DNA of 64,000 nucleotides, taken from assembly GCA_964016885.1 (NCBI GenBank), contig OZ024740.1, positions 430,962,001 to 431,026,000 on the forward strand, given 5' to 3'. The number at the start of each line of letters is the position of its first letter. The stretch's first letter is position 1. The notes beneath the pieces were generated by a model. The model did not search any database. It was not told the DNA's origin and saw only the letters and a program-made list of their open reading frames with translations. Shown piece after piece: positions 44,233 through 54,000 of this stretch. The DNA is from Eledone cirrhosa. Its lineage: Eukaryota. Both the position numbers and the translations under genes were made by a program.

Positions 44233-44940
44233 GAGTTTGATAGGTTTACTGCTGAGTGCTGCAGGGCAAGAAAGAAAATCAGTACTGTGAAAACTGAGAC
44301 ATTCATCCTCTCAAGGAAGCCTGTGCAGTTCACTATAAATGTAAACTGTGTTCCACTGAAGCAGGTGAAGAAGTTCAAGTATCTCAGGGCCATATCCATG
44401 AGTGATGGAAGGCAGGAGGCTGAATTAAGTACAATAATTGCAGGAGCTGGTGCAGTAATGTGCCAGCTTCAGCATTCAGTAATTAGAAAAAGGGAAGTAG
44501 GTGTAAAAGCCAAACTTGCTATTTTCAATTCGATATTCATGCCAACCCTTACCTATGGTCATGAATCTTGGGTAATGACCAGAAAAATATGATCATGAAT
44601 ACAAGCGGCTGGGAGGGGATTCCTCTGAAGGGTCTTTGGAGTAACATTACTCAATAGAGTGCATAACTCTGAGATCTGATAGTCACTCCAGGTAGAACCC
44701 CTACTTCTCTGAATTGAGAGATCACAGCTTCAATATGTGGTCAGAATGTCTCAGTGGACATGTGGTTAGAATCTCTCAGGAAAGAATCACTGAATAGATT
44801 TTATGGGCAATACCAACTGGTAGGAGACCCAGGGGTAGGCCTCGAGCAAGATGGTGTGATAACATCCATGAGCTTGGCTGGTCTCGCTAACAGAAGACGG
44901 GAATAAGTGGGCGAAGAAGAAGAAGAAAAAGAAGATGAAG
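44233..44940 (+). mobile_element. Decayed 3' half of an RTE-clade (Expander/Rex3-like) non-LTR retrotransposon: RT C-terminal region, 3' UTR and (GAA)n tail
   Basis: Translation FDRFTAEC...ISTVKTE...VKKFKYLR...KAKLAIFNSIFMPTLTYGHESWVMT, then past stops IQAAGRGFL*RV...VEPLLL*IERSQL...GRRPRGRPRARW. These match RTE RT motifs (FKYLG, PTLTYGHE.W, IQAAEM.FLRR, RPRGRPR.RW). Ends ataagtgggc-gaagaagaagaa. Several in-frame stops. Confidence 0.92.
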
Positions 44941-46590
44941 GTACAACTCCAACAAATTGGGTGGAGGGGAAAATCGATTAAATTGACCTCAATACGTTAC
45001 TAATACTTTATTTTATCAACCCTGTAAGGATGAAAGGCAAAGTTAACCTCGGTGGGATTTGAACTCAGAGAGCAGAGATTAGAACTAAATACCAAAAAGC
45101 ATTCTATCTGACGTTCTAGCAACTCTACCATTCTATCTTACGTTCTAACAACTCTGATATTCTATCAGATATTCTAACATCTCTACCATTCTATCTGACG
45201 TTCTAGCAACTCTACCATTCTATATGACGTTCTAAGCACTCTACCATTCTATCTGACGTTCTAGTAACTCTGACATTCTATCTGACGTTCTAGCAACTCT
45301 ACCATTCTATGTGACGTTCTAACATCTCTACCATTCTATCTGACGTTCTAACATCTCTACCATTCTATCCGACGTTCTAGCAACTCTGCCATTCTATATG
45401 ACGTTCTAGCAACTCTACCATTCTATATGACGTTCTAGCAACTCTACCATTCTATCTGACGTTCTAACATCTCTACCATTCTATCTAATGTTCTAGCAAC
45501 TCTACCATTCTATCTGATGTTCTAACAACTCTACCATTCTATCTGACGTTCTAGCAACTCTACCATTCTATATGACGTTCTAGCAACTCTACCATTCTAT
45601 ATGACGTTCTAACAACTCTACCATTCTATATGACGTTCTAGCAACTCTACCATTCTATATGACGTTCTAGCAACTCTACCATTCTATATGACGTTCTAGC
45701 AACTCTACCATTCTATATGACGTTCTAGCAACTCTACCATTCTATATGACGTTCTAGCAACTCTACCATTCTATATGACGTTCTAACAACTCTACCATTC
45801 TATCTGACGTTCTAGCAACTCTACCATTCTATATGACGTTCTAGCAACTCTACCATTCTATATGACGTTCTAGCAACTCTACCATTCTATATGACGTTCT
45901 AGCAACTCTACCATTCTATATGACGTTCTAGCAACTCTACCATTCTATATGACGTTCTAGCAACTCTACCATTCTATATGACGTTCTAACAACTCTACCA
46001 TTCTATCTGACGTTCTAGCAACTCTACCATTCTATATGACGTTCTAGCAACTCTACCATTCTATATGACGTTCTAGCAACTCTACCATTCTATATGACGT
46101 TCTAGCAACTCTACCATTCTATATAATGTTCTAGCAACTCCACCATTCTATCTGACGTTCTAACATCTCTACCATTCTATCTGACGTTCTAGCAACTCTA
46201 CCATTCTATCTGACGTTCTAACAACTCTACCATTCTATCTGACGTTCTAGCAACTCTACCATTCTATATGACGTTCTAGCAACTCTACCATTCTATCTGA
46301 CGTTCTAACATCTCTACCATTCTATATGACGTTCTAGCAACTCTACCATTCTATATGACGTTCTAGCAACTCTACCATTCTATATGACGTTCTAGCAACT
46401 CTACCATTCTATATGACGTTCTAACAACTCTACCATTCTATCTGATGCTCTAACATCTCTACCATTCTATATGACGTTCTAGCAACTCTACCATTCTATC
46501 TGACGTTCTAGCAACTCTACCATTCTATCTGACGTTCTAACATCTCTACTATTCTATATGACGTTCTAGCAACTCTAAGAGTTCACCACA
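44939..46590 (-). mobile_element. tRNA-derived SINE with an internally expanded head (contains the 29-bp array)
   Basis: Core ttttatcaaccctgtaaggatgaaaggcaaagttaacctcggtgggatttgaactcaga is shared with other in-window copies. The minus strand carries a B-box-like GAGTTCAAATC. After aagcat the head segment is tandemly repeated, then closes with agttcaccac, similar to the head end of the other copies. Confidence 0.8.
45100..46577 (+). repeat. 29-bp minisatellite (CATTCTATATGACGTTCTAGCAACTCTAC), ~51 copies
   Basis: Direct 29-bp periodicity. Variants tatct/tatat and ctagcaac/ctaacatc/ctaacaac. Confidence 0.98.
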
Positions 46591-46596
46591 TCTAAC

Positions 46597-46763
46597 AATA
46601 ATTGTTTCTACTTTTGGCACAAGGCCAGCAATTGCCCAGTGCATTACTGGTACTTTATTTTATCGACCTCGTAAGGATGAAAGGCAAAGTTAACCTCGGT
46701 GGGATTTGAACTCAGAATGGAAAGGGCCGTAACTCTATGCATCAAAGCATGGCGTCCGACCCT
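46597..46763 (-). mobile_element. tRNA-derived SINE (5'-clipped, internally shorter subfamily)
   Basis: aataattgtttctacttttggcacaaggccagc...aaggatgaaaggcaaagttaacctcggtgggatttgaactcagaa...aagcatggcgtccgaccct. Nearly the same as the copies at 48771 and 48974. Confidence 0.85.
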
Positions 46764-46799
46764 TGTTTCACATCCGCTTTTCCTGCTAGTAAAGGTTGG

Positions 46800-46932
46800 A
46801 CAATAATAATAATAATAAAGATATGAACCTATATTCTTCAAGAAATCTATATGGGATGAACATCACCACCACTATCACCATCATCACAATCACCACCATA
46901 ACCATCATCACCACAATCATCATCATCATTGT
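46800..46932. repeat. (AAT)n and degenerate (CAT/CAC)n microsatellites
   Basis: caataataataataataa; catcaccaccactatcaccatcatcacaatcaccacc...catcatcatcatt. Confidence 0.85.
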
Positions 46933-47477
46933 TGTCTATTTTCCACACTATATTACCCCCTCAGTCATTACCAACATATTATTCCCAACACCAATACAAA
47001 GTCCTCTTTATATTCCACTAACCTACCTTCCTCTTGTCACATTTTCTACTTCGACATGTGACTAACATTCACCTTCTATATTTATTGACTCTAAATAATT
47101 TCCCACAGTCAATTGTGATTACATCAGAGCCACAACAATAAACCCTGATCTTGATTTTTGTTTTCTAGTTTTCTTAACAAAGACATCAGAGTCGGATATT
47201 TTAAAGTCATTTAACATTGACACGTGAGCTTTGAAATACACATCCTACACACATAGCTACAGACAGTACATACACTACTAAACTACAGTCATTACCCACA
47301 ATCGAGTATGACTTGGTAGTATATACCATGTTTTACTATACACATCCTACACACATAGCTACACTCATGACACACACATATTCACATAAGAATGAATAGC
47401 TTTTTACATATATAAAAATATATCAACAAATAATTATGCCTGAATATATACACATTTCACATACATTGTATATATGG

Positions 47478-48250
47478 TAAATTCCCGAGATCGATGGACG
47501 AGTTCTCTCCAGCGGTCTCTGTCCTGCATCATCGCTGCTATGTCCTGCCTCTCCCAGAGACCAGTGCCTGTCCTTAGGGTATCAATATATGTCAACCTTG
47601 GTCTCCCTGTTCTAGTGTCTAGTGTGTCCGTGTAGGGGCTCCTACAGGAGCACTGAGTGCAGTGTCAACTCTGGATGTCGGTGAGCATGTCCAGCTAACC
47701 TCAGTCTCCTCTGTGTTACTTTCGAGCTGACATTTGGGAGGCTCCCGTACAGCTCTGAGTTCTTCATCCTCAGTGTATACTGATTAATTTTCAGAGCCAT
47801 CCTCGGCATTCTCGTATAGCACCCATCCACCATCTGAGTGAGTTTCTTGGTCAGTGTCCAAGTCTCAGACCCGTACAGCAACACAGACTCCACTACAGCA
47901 ATGAAGAGACGGATCTTCAGGTCTTTACAAAAGTCCGACTTCCACACCGATCTCAAGCTGCGGCACACTGCCAGGCTTTGGTCTTCCTCTCCATTACATC
48001 ATCCTCTGTGTTCCCAATCTTTGCTCCCAGATACAGGGAGTCCTCAACCAACTCTAGCGGCTTCCCACCTACTTTCATAATCTTCTCTGGCATCTTAATA
48101 TTCTCTACCAGATACTTTGTCTTAATCTCATTCATTCTCAACCCCACACTCATCGACACAGTCTCCACCTCCTGCATCAAATCTTCTGCCTCCTTCACAG
48201 TGTTTGTCACCAGAACTATGTTGTCAGGAAATTCAGCATCTGATATCTTT
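47478..48250 (-). mobile_element. Decayed RTE-like non-LTR retrotransposon fragment (second family), from the RT catalytic motif to the C-terminus
   Basis: Minus-strand translation KISDAEFPDNIVLVTNTVKEAEDLMQEVE...GLRMNEIKTKY...VEDSLYLGAKI / frameshift / KIRLFIAVVESVLLYGSETWTLTKK...DGCYTRM...RRLRLAGH...MQDRDRWRELV. Confidence 0.9.
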
Positions 48251-48483
48251 TATATATATATCTGATATATATGTAAGCTTATTAGCTATCATCAGCATCG
48301 TATACCTTCCTGTCAGATGATTGAACGTCTGAAAGTATATACTTTCCTTATGCATATTAACAGCTGAGCAGCCTAATTTGCATATCGAGTGAGTTAGTTG
48401 GCCGGGGTACCGAAAACGATAAATGGAAAAGAATGAAATGAAATTTCATTTCTCAGTCTTAGTACGGCTGATACTTAAATATA

Positions 48484-48576
48484 AGTATGTATACATACAT
48501 ACATATATGTATACAGGCGTACAGTAGTATGTATATATATATATACATACATGCACACATATATATATGTACGTAT
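48484..48576. repeat. (TA)/(TACA) low-complexity microsatellite
   Basis: gtatgtatacatacatacatatatgtatac...tatatatatatatacatacatgcacacatatatatatg. Confidence 0.8.
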
Positions 48577-48634
48577 GGGTTTACCGAACATTTATTATAA
48601 TGTTCGGTTTGTTTGTAAACAAACAGCCCGAATT

Positions 48635-48756
48635 AAGCCGTACAGTGTTCGGCAACCATCGTTGCCCTAATAGCTAAGAAGCTTGAAACTATTTCAACGT
48701 TCCTTTGTCAGTGTTGAACAAAAAGGCGACGATTGTTGCCGAACACTGTACGGCTT
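48635..48756. mobile_element. MITE-like element with 32-bp inverted repeats
   Basis: aagccgtacagtgttcggcaaccatcgttgcc (48635-48666) matches the reverse complement of ggcgacgattgttgccgaacactgtacggctt (48725-48756) at 30/32. Internal TA-CAGTG resembles a Tc1/mariner end. Confidence 0.65.
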
Positions 48757-48770
48757 CATGACTTTACTTA

Positions 48771-48963
48771 AATAATTGTTTCTACTTTTGGCACAAGGCC
48801 AGCAATTACCCAGTGCATTACTGGTACTTTATTTTATCGATCCCGTAAGGATGAAAGGCAAAGTTAACCTCGGCGGTATTTGAACTCAGAATGGCAAGGG
48901 CCATAACTCTATGCTGCAAAGCATGGCGTCCGACCCTCTAGCGATACTGCCAATACCCCGCCC
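48771..48963 (-). mobile_element. tRNA-derived SINE, first of a tandem pair
   Basis: Same core and B-box-like motif. Head ends ...ccgaccctctagcgatactgccaataccccgccc. Confidence 0.87.
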
Positions 48964-48973
48964 TTCGTCGAAG

Positions 48974-49164
48974 TAATAATTGTTTCTACTTTAGGCACAA
49001 GGCCAGCAATTACCCAGTGCATTACTGGTACTTTATTTTATCGATCCCGTAAGGATGAAAGGCAAAGTTAACCTCGGCGGTATTTGAACTCAGAATGGCA
49101 AGGGCCATAACTCTATGCTGCAAAGCATGGCGTCCGACCCTCTACCGATACTGCCAATCCACCA
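48974..49164 (-). mobile_element. tRNA-derived SINE, second of a tandem pair (204-bp offset)
   Basis: Near-identical to 48771-48963 (tctact at 48781 vs 48985). Confidence 0.87.
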
Positions 49165-49329
49165 AGTAATAATGGTGAGTAGGTAGATGTATAAAATACT
49201 AATGACAGTAATGATAATAACATGAAAAGAAATATGATATACAATATATGATATGTGAAATGTTGGTCTCTTGTAGATTGGTGAGTTGAGGCCGTGCTAA
49301 TATAGTGGATTGAATTCATGAATTGGCGA

Positions 49330-49570
49330 AATAAAAGTGATAAAAAATAATAAAGGATTAAAATAAAAAGTAAAAGAAAAAATAAAGAATAAGGATTCTA
49401 AGATAAAACATAAAAGATAGGAATGAAAATCAGAGAAGAGTAAATAGATAAATAGGGAATAAAAAGTAAAAGGGACAGTGATGATATGTAGGTGATTCAG
49501 GTAGGAGTAGATTGACTGTTTTATCTTAATAGAGGTGATAAGACTATAGAGAGAAAAGGAAAGAAAGGTT
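49330..49570. other. Purine/A-rich low-complexity tract, possibly the 3' region of the Penelope-like fragment
   Basis: ataaaagtgataaaaaataataaaggattaaaataaaaagtaaaagaaaaaataaag... Confidence 0.5.
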
Positions 49571-49699
49571 AAGGGATTCCTGAGGTTGATTTAATGACCA
49601 GTTGGTCAGTTGACAGCTAATAACAGTGGAGCGGTGTAAAGTTGGTACATTTTAATCCGGGTGGTTTCGACTGAATACTGACATCGCTGGATCAAATTA

Positions 49700-50140
49700 T
49701 GCCGGTCACAGTTTGAAGTTGCAAAATTTGGTGGCTGCTTTGTGTCAGTTTGCTCTATCTTGTTATTAAGCAATATTTTATGTAAATGCTAAAGGGTTCT
49801 TTTATAAGTCTGTCAGTAACATTTGGGGTTCATATACGAAATACAGAATTTAAGGATTCTTTGAAAGATAATAGTTTCTTACCAGTTCCATACACTGAAC
49901 ACTGCAGTTCCTGGGCCTTTGGATCACCCCACAATTCTGAAAAAATTGAAATCTTTATGGAGCAGCTCCATATTGCATAGTCTGCAGTGGGACATTCCCT
50001 TTCTGTAGGCCCTTACGTTCGATAACTTCGACCAGCTAATCTCATATTCCTGATTGATGTCCTTAAGCTGCCAGATTTTATTGGCCTGCGTCGTTGTATT
50101 CCCAAGTTTACGGTTTTTTATGGAGTGTCTGAAGCATATA
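49700..50140 (-). mobile_element. Penelope-like element fragment (C-terminal part of GIY-YIG endonuclease), decayed
   Basis: Minus strand FRHSIKNRKLGNTTTQANKIWQLKDINQEYEISWSKLSNVRAYRKGMSHCRLCNME fits the recalled PLE pattern T.LS..IW.LK......I.W......Y......C.LC..E. A LLNNKIE...SHQ remnant near 49730-49780 resembles LN.R.E....C.H. Confidence 0.7.
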
Positions 50141-50149
50141 GACAATATG

Positions 50150-50437
50150 CCCCCACACCCTTCCACTGTAAAGTGGTCGTGGAGGTGCCACGGCAAAAAA
50201 GCATCCAGCCCACACTGTAAAGTGGATGTGTAGGTGCCACGGAAAAAAAGCAACCACCACTCACTGTAAATGAGGTTGGTGTTAGGAAGGGCATCCACCT
50301 GTAGAAATCAAACCAGAATCAGTTCCCGTATGAGCAAGACAGGGTCAGCCGACCGGACACTACCTACAACAGGACAACCCGTCTAACCCATGCTAGCATG
50401 GAAGAAGGGACGTAAAACGATGATGATGATGATGATG
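50150..50437 (+). mobile_element. 3' portion of a second SINE family ending in (GAT)n
   Basis: ggtgccacgg-aaaaaagc, ggttggtgttaggaagggcatcca, ccgtctaacccatgctagcatggaa...gacgtaaaacgatgatgatgatgatgatg. Resembles octopus SINE 3' ends from recall. Confidence 0.7.
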
Positions 50438-50580
50438 TTTAAACTTTTAAGATACTTCTGAATTTATATTTTATTTTTGCATTTGTCTATTTTCTATGAT
50501 GACTGTGTCTATGCACATACCATCTTTTTTTTAAATCGCCAGCCTTAGAACCAATGTAGTGGCATGCTAGGTTGCCAGAT

Positions 50581-50621
50581 TTGATAGTGCACAGGTATAC
50601 TATGTACCTGTGCACTATCAA
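50581..50621. other. Perfect 17-bp inverted repeat with 7-nt spacer
   Basis: ttgatagtgcacaggta-tactatg-tacctgtgcactatcaa. Confidence 0.9.
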
Positions 50622-50640
50622 GGGCCGAAAGACTTCTCTG

Positions 50641-50842
50641 AAGACCTTCTTGCTCGAAGCCTACTCCTGGGCCTACAGGCAGTTGATTTTACCTGTAAAT
50701 CTGTTCAGCAATTCTTTCTTGAGACATTTTAACTAAATACCTGTAATATCAGAGGTGTGTACTCTCAATTCAGAGAGGTAGCGGCTCTACATGAAGTGAG
50801 TTTGCCCTTCAGAAGAAACCCATTTCAACTGCTTATATTTAC
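50641..50842 (-). mobile_element. RTE fragment of the same family as 44233-44940, inverted and internally deleted
   Basis: Reverse complement aligns to ~44600-44855: tcacttcatgtagagccgctacctctctgaattgagag vs tcactccaggtagaacccctacttctctgaattgagag, and cccaggagtaggcttcgagcaagaaggt vs cccaggggtaggcctcgagcaagatggt. Translation I*AVEMGFF*R. Confidence 0.85.
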
Positions 50843-51059
50843 AAGGGCCTGTTACCATGTGGGAACACAGGAAGGACCCCACTATTTTTCAATGGTCTAC
50901 CCATAAATTTAGAGGTTATGATTATAGTCTTATTCTGAAACTGTGCCTTAGAATTATCATGGATAAGAGTGTCCACCTGGAATGTTCTGAAGCTGTTATC
51001 GAGCTCCAAATCCTTGTGATGGGCCTGGGGTGTTCTTGATCAGGTTTGTCTGGGTTCTG

Positions 51060-54000
51060 TGTTGTCAGGTCTAACTGGGGTCTGTTTCTCAGGTCTACCT
51101 GGGGTCTGTTTCTCAGGTTTACCTGGGGTCTGTTTGTCAGTCCAACTTGGGGTCTGTCTGTCAGTCCTACCTGGGGTCTGTTTGTCAGGTCTACCTGGGG
51201 TCTGTTTCTCAGGTCTACCTGTGGTTTGTCTGTCAGGTCTACCTGGGGTCTGTTTGTCAGGTCTACCTGGGGTCTGACTGTCAGTCCTACCTGGGGTCTG
51301 TTTGTCAGTCCTACCTGGGGTCGCTTTGTCAAGTCTAGCTGCGGTCTGTTTCTCAGTTCTACTTGGGGTCTGTCTGTCAGTCCTACCTGGGGTCTCTTTG
51401 TCAGTCCTACCTGGGTTCTCTTTGTCAGTTCTACCTGGGATCTTCTTGATCAGGTTTGTCTAAGGTCTGTTCCTCAGGTCTACCTGGGGTCTGTTTGTCA
51501 GTCCTACCTGGGGTCTGTTTGTCAGTCCTACCTAGGGTCTGTTTGTCAGTCCTACCTGGGGTCTGTCTGTCAGTCCTACCTGGGGTCTGTTTGTCAGTCC
51601 TACCTGGGGTCTGTTTGTCAGTCCTACCTGGGGTCTGTCTGTCAGGTCTACCTGGGGTCTGTCTGTCAGGTCTACCTGCGGTCTGTTTGTCAGGTCTACC
51701 TGGGGTCTGTTTTTCAGGTCTACCTGGGGTCTGTTTGTCAGTCCTACCTGGGGTCTGTCTGTCAGTCCTACCTGGGGTCTGTCTGTCAGTCCTACCTCGG
51801 GTCTGTTTCTAAGGTCTACCTGGGGTCTGTTTCTCAGGTCTACCTTGGTTCTGTTTGTCAGTCCTACCTGGGGTTTGTTTGTCAGTCCTACCTGGGGTCT
51901 GTCTGTCAGGTCTACCTGGGGTTTGTTTGTCAGGTCTACCTGGGGTCTGTTTGTCAGGTCTACCTGGGGTCTGTCTGTCAGTCCTATCTGGGGTCTGTCT
52001 GTCAGTTCTACCTGGGGTCTGTTTGTCAGTCCTACCTGGGGTCTGTTTGTCAGGTCTACCTGGGGTCTGTCTGTCAGTCCTACCTGGGGTCTGTTTGTCA
52101 GTCCTACCAGGGGTCTGTTTGTCAGGTCTACCTGGGGTCTGTCTGTCAGTCCTACCTGGGGTCTGTTTGTCAGGTCTACCTGGGGTCTGTCTGTCAGTCC
52201 TATCTGGGGTCTGTCTGTCAGTCCTACCTGGGGTCTGTTTGTCAGTCCTACCAGGGGTCTGTTTGTCAGGTCTACCTGGGGTCTGTCTGTCAGTCCTACC
52301 TGGGGTCTGTCTGTCAGTCATACCTGGGGTCTGTTTGTCAGTCCTACCTGGGGTCTGTCTGTTAGTCCTACCTGGGGTCTGTTTCTCAGCTCTAACTGGG
52401 GTCTGTTTGTCAGTCCTACCTGGGATCTGTTTGTCAGTCCTACCTGGGGTCTGTCTGTCAGTCCTTCCTCGGGTCTGTTTCTCATGTCTACCTGGGGTCT
52501 GTTTCTCAGCTCTACCTGGGGTCTGTCTGTCAGTCCTACCTGGCGTTTGTTTGTCAGTCCTACATGGGGTCTGTCTGTCAGTCCTTCCTCGGGTCTGTTT
52601 CTCATGTTTACCTGGGGTCTGTTTCTCAGCTCTACCTGGGGTCTGTCTGTCAGTCTTACCTGGGGTCTGTTTGTCAGTCATACCTGGGGTCTGTTTGTCA
52701 GTCCTACCTGGGGTCTGTCTGTCAGTCCTACCTGGGTTCTGTCTGTCAGTCCTACCTGGGGTCTGTTTGTAAGTCCTACCTGGGGTCTGTTTCTCAGGTC
52801 TACCTGGGGTCTGTCTATCAGTCCTACCTGGGGTCTGTCTGTCAGATCTACCTGGGGTCTGTTTGTCAGTCCTATCTGGGGTCTGTTTGTCAGTCCTACC
52901 TGGGGTCTGTCTGTTAGTCCTACCTGGGGTCTGTTTGTCAGGTCTACCTGGGGTCTGTCTGTCAGATCTACCTGGGGTCTGTCTGTCAGTCCTACCTGGG
53001 GTCTGTTTGTCAGTCCTACCTGGGGTCTGTTTCTCAGGTCTACCTGGGGTCTGTTTGTCAGTCCTACCTGTGGTCTGTCTGTCAGGTCAACCTGGGGTCT
53101 TTTTGTCTGGTCTATCTGGGGTCTGTTTGTCAGGTCTACCTGGGGTCTGTTTGTCAGGTCTACCTGGGGTCTGTCTGTCATTCCTATCTGGGGTCTGTCT
53201 GTCAGTCCTACTTGGGGTCTGCTTGTCAGTCCTACCTGGGGTCTGTTTCTCATGTCTACCTGGGGTCTGTTTCTCAGCTCTACCTGGGGTCTGTCTGTCA
53301 GTCCTACCTGGGGTCTGTTTGTCAGTCATACCTGGGGTCTGTTTCTCAGGTCTACCTGGGATCTGTTTGTCAGTCCTACCTGGGGTCTGTTCGTCAGTCC
53401 TACCTGGGGTCTGTTTGTCAGGTCTACCTGGGGACTGTCTGTCAGTCCTACCTGCGGTCTACATGTCAGTCCTACCTGGGGTCGGTTTGTCAGTCCTACC
53501 TGGGGACTGTCCTTCAGTCCTACCTGGCGTCTGTCTGTTAGTCCTACCTGGGGTCTGTTTCTCAGGTCTACCTGGGGTCTGTTTGTCAGTCCTACCTGGG
53601 GTCTGTTTGTCAGTCTTACCTGGGATCTGTTTGTCAGTCCTACCTGGGGTCTGTCAGTCCTACCTGGGGTCTGTCTGTCAGTCCTACCTGGGGTCTGTTT
53701 GTCAGTCCTACCTGGGGTCTGTTTCTCATGTCTACCTGGTGTCTGTCTGTCAGTCCTACCTGGGGTCTGTTTGTCAGTCCTACCTGGGGGCTGTTTCTAA
53801 CGTCTACCTGTGGTCTGTCTGTGAGTCCTACCTGGGGTCTGTTTCTCAGATCTACCTGGGGTCTGTTTGTCAGGTCTACCTGGGGTCTGTTTGTCAGGTC
53901 TACCTGGGGTCTGTTTGTCAGTCCTACCTGGGGTCTGTTTGTCAGTCCTATCAGGGATCTGTTTGTCAGTCCTACCTGGGGTCTGTTTGTCAGGTCTACT

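Noticed and set aside
46796-47065. 89-aa ORF MDNNNNNKD...ITTTITII and other short ORFs (46644, 49113, 49786, 50857)
   Set aside because: They are translations of microsatellites, SINEs or decayed TE sequence.
47237-47362. Direct repeat atacacatcctacacacatagctaca at ~102-bp spacing
   Set aside because: It is real, but lies in CA-rich low-complexity sequence with no interpretable element.
44939-49164. tRNA genes suggested by B-box-like GAGTTCAAAT
   Set aside because: These are embedded in multi-copy SINE bodies and no cloverleaf is evident.
49655-49692. Hammerhead ribozyme near the Penelope-like fragment (minus-strand CGAAAC flanked by atcc/ggat); also CTGATGA at ~48289-48295 (minus) and cgaaa/ctgaaga at ~50626-50644
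   Set aside because: None has both CUGANGA and GAAA cores with plausible stems. A covariance-model search would be needed.
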